Origin: an uncultured Eubacteriales bacterium
GTDB taxonomy: Bacteria; Bacillota; Clostridia; TANB77; RGIG9151
DNA length: 10,191 nucleotides
Reading direction: 5' to 3'
Assembly: GCA_964640345.1 (NCBI GenBank)
Contig: CAZXFU010000027.1
Span: 1-10,191, forward strand
Numbering within the stretch: position 1 is the first letter of the stretch; each line of letters opens with the position of its first letter. Both the position numbers and the translations under genes were made by a program. Shown piece by piece: positions 1 through 6,023 of this stretch. Under the pieces are notes generated by a model. That model was not told where the DNA came from. It worked only from the letters and a program-made list of their open reading frames with translations, and ran no database searches.

Positions 1-543
1 AATGAAGAAAACAAAGAAACAATTAAGGGTCTTGGAAATATCGACCCTGAAAAATCATCTATAACAGTAAGTCTTAATTACGGAATTGACTTCCAAGAAG
101 CTCCTGATGAAGAGAGTATTGAGAACATAACGAAAATGGTAAGTACAGCAACTGGAATAAACGCTAATAGGGTTACAATTGCATCATTTAAGGTTACACC
201 TAAGACTGAAGAGGAAATTATGATACCGATAGATTGGGTTGGCATTATTGAAAAAAATGCTCCATACTTAGCAGCTGTTATTATAATTCTTATTTTAGTT
301 GTGTTTATTTTGAAATTAAAAAGCAGTTCTACTACTGATGTCGCATTTGAAGAAAGCGATGTGGCAGAGGGGCCGGGTGCATTGTTTAATGCAACTGTCG
401 GATATGAAGATGAGGATACTATAAAAGAAATGGATAATAATTCTGAAGTTAAACGACAAATTAATAAGTTTATTGAAAAGCAACCGGATATTGCAGCCGG
501 TATGCTTAGAAATTGGATTTATGAAAATGAAAAGAATTCTTAG
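1..543 (+). CDS. fliF: Flagellar M-ring protein FliF, C-terminal part (5' end lies outside the window)
   Basis: Frame 1 is open from base 1 with no stop; the ORF track only starts at the first Met, 136. It has a hydrophobic TM segment (APYLAAVIIILILVVFILKL), an acidic linker and a C-terminal helix typical of the FliG-binding tail (QINKFIEKQPDIAAGMLRNWIYE). It lies directly upstream of fliG. Confidence 0.8.
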   Translation, partial: NEENKETIKGLGNIDPEKSSITVSLNYGIDFQEAPDEESIENITKMVSTATGINANRVTIASFKVTPKTEEEIMIPIDWVGIIEKNAPYLAAVIIILILVVFILKLKSSSTTDVAFEESDVAEGPGALFNATVGYEDEDTIKEMDNNSEVKRQINKFIEKQPDIAAGMLRNWIYENEKNS

Positions 544-565
544 TTAATAGATAGGGGTGAATATT

Positions 566-1675
566 ATGGCAGCTGCGGCAGCAAAAGAGGAGTCTAAGAA
601 AAATGCCGAAGAGGAGCAAGCCGAGGTTAAATCTAAAGTAGAGAATAATCCAAAAAGCAATATGCGTCAGAATCTTACCGGTAAGCAAAAAGCCGCAATG
701 TTCTTGATTTCAATAGGCCCGGAGAAGTCTGCTGAAATATTACGTCATTTAAAAGATGAAGAAATTGAAGAAATTACAAAGGCAATTGCCGGGATAAAGA
801 AATTAAAAAATACTTATCAAGAAAAGGTTATTGAAGAATTTTACCAGTTATCTTTGGCTCAAGAGTATATAACCGAAGGTGGTATAAATTACGCAAAGGA
901 AATTTTGGAAAAAGCTTTTGGTACATCGAAGTCTGAAATCTTATTAAAGAAGATGACGGCTTCATTAAAGTCTAATGGTCCTTTTGATTTTGCAAAAAAC
1001 ATGGAACCGGCTAAAATTGCTCAACTTATAAAGGACGAGCATCCGCAAACTATTGCACTGATTTTATATAATATTAAATATCAGCAATCTGCCACGATTC
1101 TTGCAATGTTGCCTAAAAATAAGCAGGTTGATGTTGCACGAAGAATTGCGATGATGGAAAAACCGTCTTATGATATTGTTAAACAGGTTGAAGAGATTTT
1201 ACAAAAAAAGATTTCATATGACTATATGAATGATGAAATGAGTACTGCAATAAGCGGTGTTGAGACATTGACAGAAATTTTAAGAGCTGTAGACCGTGGT
1301 ACAGAACAGAATATTATGGAATACTTAAAGAAGGAAAACAGCGAGGTTGAAGAAGAAATAAGAAAGAAATTGTTCACATACGAAGATATTGTTAAGCTTG
1401 ACGACAAAAGTATTCAAAGAGTATTGCGTGATATTGATAATAATGTATTGGCACTTGCAATTAAAGCTTCTGCAAAGAACATTCAGGACTTATTGTTCAA
1501 GAACTTGTCTAACCGTGTTGCTGACTTGATTAAAGAAGATATTGAACTTATGGGACCTGTTAGGGTTCGTGATGTTGAAAAGGCTCAGGATACAATAGTT
1601 ATGAAGATAAGAGATCTTGAAAAGACAGGTGAAATTGTAATTAGTAGAGGCGGAGAGGAGGAAGTCTTTGTCTAA
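566..1675 (+). CDS. fliG: Flagellar motor switch protein FliG
   Basis: FliG hallmarks are LTGKQKAAMFLISIGPE, EHPQTIALIL, LFTYEDIVKLDD.SIQRVLRDID and NLSNRVADLIKEDIELMGPVRVRDVEKAQ. I prefer ATG 566 over GTG 557 because the SD-like AGGGGTGA (553-560) sits 5 nt upstream of 566. ATG 662 is a possible shorter start but has no SD. Confidence 0.92.
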   Translation: MAAAAAKEESKKNAEEEQAEVKSKVENNPKSNMRQNLTGKQKAAMFLISIGPEKSAEILRHLKDEEIEEITKAIAGIKKLKNTYQEKVIEEFYQLSLAQEYITEGGINYAKEILEKAFGTSKSEILLKKMTASLKSNGPFDFAKNMEPAKIAQLIKDEHPQTIALILYNIKYQQSATILAMLPKNKQVDVARRIAMMEKPSYDIVKQVEEILQKKISYDYMNDEMSTAISGVETLTEILRAVDRGTEQNIMEYLKKENSEVEEEIRKKLFTYEDIVKLDDKSIQRVLRDIDNNVLALAIKASAKNIQDLLFKNLSNRVADLIKEDIELMGPVRVRDVEKAQDTIVMKIRDLEKTGEIVISRGGEEEVFV

Positions 1676-2441
1676 TTTGATAAAATCAGGTAGAGTTATT
1701 GATATAAGCATACCTGTAAATGTTGGAGTATCTAATTCGAATAACCTTATTAAGAATATTGCAAATTTAAATAAAGAAAGTGTTTCAAAGCAGGTTATAG
1801 ATAAAGAATTGAAAGAAGCAAAGGTACCTGAAGCTGTTACAAACCTTGAGAAAAATCTTGTTTCAAGAGAAGATATTATAAGTAAGTATGTCAATGAGGC
1901 TAAAAAAAAGGCCGACGAGCACTACCAAATTGAGATGCAAAAGGCGTATGAAGAGGGCATAAATAGGGCACGTGAGGAAGCTGAAAGCATAATAGCGAAT
2001 GCTAAGTTAGAACGTGAGAAGATTATAGATGACATGGCAAGTTTTAAAGAGGAACTTACAAATGAATATAAAGAGGAAATAAAAAGTTCAGAAAAAGAAT
2101 TACTAAAACTATCTTTGGATATTGCAGAAAAGATAATAAATTATGAAGTAGATAAGAGCGATAATTATGTCCTTGGGATAGTGAAAGATGCACTTGACAG
2201 AGTTGTGAATAAAAAAGATGTGATAGTAAAGCTTTCTACGGCTGATTATTATACTGTTCTCTCAAATAAAAAATACTTGATGACTAATGTTAAAGGGTTT
2301 GGAGAGATTGAATTGGTTCAAGATGAATCGATGGAGCCGGGGAGTTTAATTGTTGATACACCGCTTGGAGTAATTGACGGCGGAATACAGGTTAGAATGG
2401 ACAATGTTCAAAAAGAGATTATGAAGATGCTAAACGAATAA
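1668..2441 (+). CDS. fliH: Flagellar export-apparatus protein FliH (FliI regulator)
   Basis: It sits between fliG and fliI. It has a Glu/Lys-rich coiled-coil middle and a FliH-type C-terminal domain (LSLDIAEKIINYEV...VIVKLSTADY...GSLIVDTPLGVIDGGI). The start is TTG, preceded by GGAGAGGAGGAAG (1650-1662), and it overlaps the fliG stop by 8 nt. There is no in-frame ATG for about 90 codons. Confidence 0.75.
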   Translation: MSNLIKSGRVIDISIPVNVGVSNSNNLIKNIANLNKESVSKQVIDKELKEAKVPEAVTNLEKNLVSREDIISKYVNEAKKKADEHYQIEMQKAYEEGINRAREEAESIIANAKLEREKIIDDMASFKEELTNEYKEEIKSSEKELLKLSLDIAEKIINYEVDKSDNYVLGIVKDALDRVVNKKDVIVKLSTADYYTVLSNKKYLMTNVKGFGEIELVQDESMEPGSLIVDTPLGVIDGGIQVRMDNVQKEIMKMLNE

Positions 2442-2464
2442 TAGATGAAAGGAACGGTGTTAAT

Positions 2465-3775
2465 GTGGCAATAGATTTATCAAAGTATAAAAATGTTATA
2501 AATGCTACAAACCCGGTTAACTATTTAGGATATGTAACTCAGATTGTTGGTCTTACAATTGAGTCCAAAGGTCCGCAGGTTAGTATTGGAGAAATTTGCA
2601 CTATAAAGACCGATGAAAAAGATATAAGAGCTGAAGTGGTAGGTTTTAAGGACTCTAAGGTTTTACTTATGCCACTTGGAGAAATGCAAGGAATTGGGCC
2701 GGGACAGCCCATTTTTGCTAGTGGAGAAATACTTAGGGTAAAGGTAGGGCCTCAGCTTATGGGACGAGCTTTAACCGGCTTGGGTCTTCCTATGGATGGT
2801 AAACCTGAGGTTGAGTCTGATGAATATTATCCTGTTCAAAAAGATCCGCCTCAACCACTATCTAGGAAAAGGATAAAAGAACCTTTGCAAATGGGTGTAA
2901 AAGTTATAGATGGACTGCTTACTATAGGAAAGGGGCAGAGGGTTGGAATTTTTGCCGGAAGTGGTGTTGGGAAGAGTACATTACTCGGTATGATTGCAAG
3001 AAATACGAAGGCAGACATAAACGTAATAGCTTTAATAGGAGAGCGTGGAAGAGAGGTAAAAGAGTTTATAGAAAAAGACTTGAAAGAGGAAGGTATGGCA
3101 CGTTCTGTTGTTGTTACAGCAACTTCTGACCAACCGGCACTTGTTCGTGTAAAAGCAGCGTTTTTGGCTACGGCAATTGCAGAGTATTTTAGAGATCAAG
3201 GCAGAGACGTAATGCTTATGATGGATTCACTTACACGTTTTTCTATGGCACAACGTGAGATAGGCCTTGCGACCGGCGAGCCGCCTGTATCCAGAGGTTA
3301 TACACCTTCTGTTTTTTCTACGATGCCACGACTTTTAGAGCGTGCCGGTAATTCTGATAAAGGCTCAATAACCGGCTTGTATACGGTCTTGGTTGATGGC
3401 GACGATTTGACCGAGCCGATAACGGATACTGCACGTGGTATATTAGACGGTCATATAGTTTTATCGCGTAAAATTGCGAATAAAAATCATTATCCGGCGA
3501 TAGATGTTTTAGCGAGCATCAGTAGGGTTATGGGAGACGTAACTACTCCTGAACATAGAAAATATGCAGGCCATCTGAAAAGTTTACTTGCAACATATAA
3601 AGAAGCCGAGGATCTTATAAATATAGGTGCCTATGTAAAAGGCAGCAACCGGGATATTGATTTGGCTGTAAAGAAGATTGATAAGATAAATGAATTTTTA
3701 AGACAGCAAGTAGCTGAAAATATTGATTTTGAGACTACGATTGGATTATTAAAAGATATTGCGGATATGGAGTAG
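2465..3775 (+). CDS. fliI: Flagellum-specific ATPase FliI (type III export ATPase)
   Basis: It has Walker A GSGVGKST, Walker B-like DVMLMMDSLTR and F1/T3SS ATPase signatures (ALIGERGREV, GSITGLYTVLVDGDD..EPI.D..RGILDGHIVLSR, YPAIDVL.S.SR). The start is GTG 2465 after AAAGGAAC. Confidence 0.95.
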   Translation: MAIDLSKYKNVINATNPVNYLGYVTQIVGLTIESKGPQVSIGEICTIKTDEKDIRAEVVGFKDSKVLLMPLGEMQGIGPGQPIFASGEILRVKVGPQLMGRALTGLGLPMDGKPEVESDEYYPVQKDPPQPLSRKRIKEPLQMGVKVIDGLLTIGKGQRVGIFAGSGVGKSTLLGMIARNTKADINVIALIGERGREVKEFIEKDLKEEGMARSVVVTATSDQPALVRVKAAFLATAIAEYFRDQGRDVMLMMDSLTRFSMAQREIGLATGEPPVSRGYTPSVFSTMPRLLERAGNSDKGSITGLYTVLVDGDDLTEPITDTARGILDGHIVLSRKIANKNHYPAIDVLASISRVMGDVTTPEHRKYAGHLKSLLATYKEAEDLINIGAYVKGSNRDIDLAVKKIDKINEFLRQQVAENIDFETTIGLLKDIADME

Positions 3776-3786
3776 GGGTGTAGAAA

Positions 3787-4242
3787 ATGGCATTTAATTT
3801 TAAATTTCAATCGATATTGGATTTAAAGGTTCGTTTAGAGGATCAAAAGAAATCTAAATATGGAGAAGCCAATGAAGAGTTGAAACGGCAAGAAGATAAA
3901 TTGAATGTCCTTTATGAAGAAAGAATGCATCAATTTAACTTGATGCGTGAGAGAGGAAAAGTTGGGTTGACACCAAAAGAATTAATTGTGTATAACAATT
4001 ATATAGAGCGATTAAAAAGAAGTATTGAGATTCAGAAAGTAGTAGTGGAGCGAGCTAAGAGAGCTGTTGAGAAGGCAAGACTTGAACTGGTTGAAGCGGC
4101 AAAACAGCGGAAGATGTTTGAAACGTTAAAGGAAAAGAAGCTTGAGGAGTATTGGGAAGATTATTATAAAAAGGAGCAGTCTCAATTAGATGAAATAGTA
4201 AGTTATAAATATAACGGAGGTGTAAAAGATGGAAAAAACTAA
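3787..4242 (+). CDS. fliJ: Flagellar export chaperone/stalk protein FliJ
   Basis: It is a 151-aa, all-helical, coiled-coil Lys/Glu-rich protein immediately after fliI. It begins MAFNFKFQSILDLK and contains the ..KRAVEKARLELVEAAKQRKMFETLKEKK pattern typical of FliJ. The call rests on position plus composition. Confidence 0.7.
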   Translation: MAFNFKFQSILDLKVRLEDQKKSKYGEANEELKRQEDKLNVLYEERMHQFNLMRERGKVGLTPKELIVYNNYIERLKRSIEIQKVVVERAKRAVEKARLELVEAAKQRKMFETLKEKKLEEYWEDYYKKEQSQLDEIVSYKYNGGVKDGKN

Positions 4243-4876
4243 TAGTGACAAACCAAAAAGTTCAAAGCCTTTTGTAGCACTGGCTGTAATTTTAGCATTA
4301 GCTATTGCCATTGGTACATGGATTTATTTAATTAAAACAAATAGATTTTTTGGTTTGGGTGAGCTTTTACGACCGAGGCTAAAGGACGTTCCTATAGTTT
4401 GTATGATTTTGCCGGAGATAACAGATCCGAATAGCGATCCTAATTTGATGGCGAGAGAAGAAATAAATTCAAAATATTCTGAACTTTTAAGCGAAAATAC
4501 AGACTTACAGAAGAAAGTTACTGAGCTAAATCTTCAAGTTGCAAATAAAGAAGAGCTTCAAAATAAATATGATATTTTGTTAAAGGAAGTTGAAAGGCAG
4601 GCAAAAGAAATTTCAAAGTACCAAGAGACAATTGAAACTGATGATAACCGGGAGGTTAAAGAAGAGGAAGATACGGAAAAACTTAAGAATTTAGTTAAAA
4701 TATATGAGACTATGGATGCTGCCGAGGCTGCTAAGATATTAGAAGAAATTGGAGAACTTAATATAAGTTTGGTTGTTGATATTTGTAAAGCTATGAAAAC
4801 CGCTGCATTTGCGGAAGTCCTTCAGAATATGAGTACCGAATTTGCGGCAATTTTATCCGAAAGAATGGCAGTTTAG
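4229..4876 (+). CDS. YlxF/MotE-family flagellar protein (N-terminal TM, coiled coil, MgtE-N-like C-terminal domain)
   Basis: It has an N-terminal TM helix (FVALAVILALAIAIGTWIYLI), a central coiled coil and a C-terminal segment (LVKIYETMDAAEAAKILEEI...VVDICKAMKTAAFAEVLQNMSTEFAAILSERM) resembling the MgtE-N/MotE fold. It holds the same post-fliJ position as ylxF in B. subtilis. SD GGAGGTG lies at 4216-4222, and the gene overlaps fliJ by 14 nt. Confidence 0.6.
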   Translation: MEKTNSDKPKSSKPFVALAVILALAIAIGTWIYLIKTNRFFGLGELLRPRLKDVPIVCMILPEITDPNSDPNLMAREEINSKYSELLSENTDLQKKVTELNLQVANKEELQNKYDILLKEVERQAKEISKYQETIETDDNREVKEEEDTEKLKNLVKIYETMDAAEAAKILEEIGELNISLVVDICKAMKTAAFAEVLQNMSTEFAAILSERMAV

Positions 4877-4889
4877 GCTATAATTACAT

Positions 4890-4919
4890 TTGAAAGTCAT
4901 TTCTGTTTTGTGTTACTAT
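4890..4919 (+). promoter_or_regulatory. Candidate sigma-A promoter for the 79-aa ORF (TTGAAA-N18-TGtTACTAT, extended -10)
   Basis: TTGAAA lies at 4890-4895, TG at 4911-4912 and TACTAT at 4914-4919. This is only a motif match in an AT-rich spacer. Confidence 0.25.
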
Positions 4920-4954
4920 ATTTATATGTAAAAGTAGCATTGGAGGGGTAGTCT

Positions 4955-5194
4955 ATGGAGAAATTGACAGAACGACTTACGAATCTTAACACAGTATCAA
5001 AGAATATATTAAAATATGGTATGTTAGTGGTTTTTATTTGCTTGATTATATCGCTTATCTTGATAAGAAATGCAAGTAATTTAGTTTCACTTAATTTGGC
5101 ACGTGAGTTTTTTTGCAGTAATGTTCACGCTTTTTGTGAAGTGATTATTGGGGCGATTATGTTTGACGTGCTAATGGATAAAAAAGAAAAATAG
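4955..5194 (+). CDS. Hypothetical small membrane protein (79 aa, two predicted TM helices)
   Basis: It has a strong SD, GGAGGGG (4942-4948), 6 nt before ATG 4955. It has two hydrophobic stretches (YGMLVVFICLIISLILI and AFCEVIIGAIMFDVLM) and a Lys-rich tail. I recognise no family. Confidence 0.5.
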   Translation: MEKLTERLTNLNTVSKNILKYGMLVVFICLIISLILIRNASNLVSLNLAREFFCSNVHAFCEVIIGAIMFDVLMDKKEK

Positions 5195-5223
5195 TTGACA
5201 AGGACAATTTAATATTATAAAGT
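5195..5223 (+). promoter_or_regulatory. Candidate sigma-A-type promoter (perfect -35 TTGACA, N17, TAAAGT)
   Basis: TTGACA lies at 5195-5200, immediately after the ORF79 stop. TAAAGT lies at 5218-5223 and keeps T1, A2 and T6 of TATAAT. An alternative -10, TATAAA at 5216-5221, has only a 15-nt spacer. Confidence 0.3.
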
Positions 5224-5250
5224 AAATATGAATTAAGTTTCTGCCGATAT
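5223..5250 (+). promoter_or_regulatory. Sigma-D / sigma-28 (FliA-type) late flagellar promoter upstream of fliW-csrA
   Basis: TAAA (5223-5226), a 16-nt spacer, then GCCGATAT (5243-5250). The -10 is an 8/8 match to the Bacillus sigma-D consensus TAAA-N15-GCCGATAT, and the spacer is 1 nt longer than canonical. It lies 34 nt upstream of the fliW ATG. Confidence 0.6.
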
Positions 5251-5283
5251 TTAAAGGAACGATTAGTGTAGGGAGGATGAAAG

Positions 5284-5727
5284 ATGTTACTTAATACAAA
5301 AAACTTTGGAGAGGTAGAAATCAAGGATGAAGATGTAATATTTTTTGAGTATGGTATACCTGGATTTGAGAATATGACTAAGTTTGTTATTTTAGGGAAA
5401 ACTGATGCACCGGATGATCCGTTTTTTTGGCTTCAGTCTACACAAAACCCTAATTTAGCGTTTGTAATAATGAATCCAAGGGATTTGGTTTTTGATTATG
5501 AAGCTGAAATAGATATGTTTACGGCTAATCTTTTGAGGATAAAAGATGAAAATGACGCACTAATATATTGTATTGTTACAGTGCCTCAGGATATATCAAA
5601 GATATCGATTAATTTAAAGGCACCTATAATTATAAATGCAAAGGAAAACAGAGGATGTCAGGTCGTGCTTGAAAATGATAAATATAAATTTAAGCATATA
5701 ATAACAGAGGAATTTGTAAAAGCTTAG
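5284..5727 (+). CDS. fliW: Flagellar assembly factor FliW (CsrA antagonist, flagellin-binding)
   Basis: It has the typical FliW N-terminus (FGEVEIKDEDVIFFEYGIPGFENMTKFVIL...DPFFWLQS..NPNLAFVIMNP), a length of 147 aa and a position immediately upstream of csrA. SD GGGAGGA lies at 5271-5277. Confidence 0.9.
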   Translation: MLLNTKNFGEVEIKDEDVIFFEYGIPGFENMTKFVILGKTDAPDDPFFWLQSTQNPNLAFVIMNPRDLVFDYEAEIDMFTANLLRIKDENDALIYCIVTVPQDISKISINLKAPIIINAKENRGCQVVLENDKYKFKHIITEEFVKA

Positions 5728-5739
5728 GAGGAGTGTAAA

Positions 5740-5976
5740 ATGCTTGTTTTGACGAGAAAAAGAAATCAATCGATTGTTGTAAATGATAATATAGAGGTAA
5801 CAATTATTGATATCCAAGGGGATCAAGTTAGAGTGGGTATAAACGCTCCTAAGGATGTTAAAGTGTTTAGAAAAGAAGTTTATGTTGAGATGATGGAAGA
5901 AAACCAAAGAGCTGCTGAGGTTCAAATGCAGGCTCTTGATATATTAAAAACAGCAATTAACAAAAATAAAAAATAG
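5740..5976 (+). CDS. csrA: Carbon storage regulator / translational repressor CsrA (flagellar type)
   Basis: MLVLTRKRNQSIVVNDNIEVTIIDIQGDQVRVGINAPKDVKVFRKEVY is a canonical CsrA core. It has the C-terminal extension seen in FliW-partnered CsrA proteins. SD AGGAGGAG (5726-5733) overlaps the fliW stop. Confidence 0.95.
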   Translation: MLVLTRKRNQSIVVNDNIEVTIIDIQGDQVRVGINAPKDVKVFRKEVYVEMMEENQRAAEVQMQALDILKTAINKNKK

Positions 5977-5998
5977 CGTAAGCTATTTTTTTGTTTTT
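5968..5998 (+). terminator. Weak rho-independent terminator candidate after csrA
   Basis: A perfect 7-bp stem, AAATAGC (5971-5977) / GCTATTT (5982-5988), has a GTAA loop. It can extend through flanking A/T pairs and is followed by TTTTgTTTTT. The stem has only 2 G:C pairs, so it is probably leaky. It overlaps the csrA stop codon. Confidence 0.4.
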
Positions 5999-6023
5999 GC
6001 AGCGGGAAGTGAGGGGAGTTTTT

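Noticed and set aside
1490-1894. 134-aa minus-strand ORF antisense to the fliG/fliH junction
   Set aside because: It lies fully inside two well-supported + strand genes. Its Ser/Phe/Leu-rich low-complexity translation is what the antisense of Glu/Lys-rich AT-rich coding sequence produces. It has no SD and no recognisable motif.
1902-1909. Homopolymer tracts inside coding regions as possible phase-variation switches: A8 in fliH at 1902-1909, T8 in the A24 peptidase at 7403-7410 and A8 in the M24 peptidase at 9393-9400
   Set aside because: Runs of 8 A or T are expected by chance in DNA this AT-rich, and here they encode ordinary Lys or Phe runs. All frames are intact, and the tracts are shorter than those typically linked to slipped-strand switching.
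4214-4231. Near-identical start contexts GGAGGTGTAAAAGATG (4216-4231) and GGAGGAGTGTAAAATG (5727-5742), possibly a repeated regulatory element
   Set aside because: Both are simply a strong SD plus an A-rich spacer plus ATG. The similarity does not extend beyond the ribosome binding site.
5233-5240. TTAAGTTT, which resembles the enteric sigma-28 -35 box TAAAGTTT
   Set aside because: It ends only 2 nt before GCCGATAT, and the consensus spacing is 11 nt, so it cannot serve as the -35 for that -10. The TAAA at 5223-5226 fits instead.
5614-5925. 103-aa minus-strand ORF spanning the fliW 3' end and csrA
   Set aside because: It is antisense to two canonical genes and has low-complexity Ile/Asn/Leu/Phe composition with no SD. 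The same reasoning applies to the other short minus-strand ORFs in the track: 506-688, 1222-1407, 7083-7370, 8534-8767 and 9860-10075.
5991-6023. ORF-track start TTG 5991 for the dGTPase-like gene; similarly GTG 557 for fliG and ATG 7024 for the A24 peptidase
   Set aside because: TTG 5991 lies in the terminator T-tract with no SD, whereas ATG 6024 follows GAGGGGAG. GTG 557 is itself inside the SD-like AGGGGTGA. ATG 7024 is only 1 nt after GGAG. These longest-ORF starts are probably artefacts, and the true starts remain unverified.
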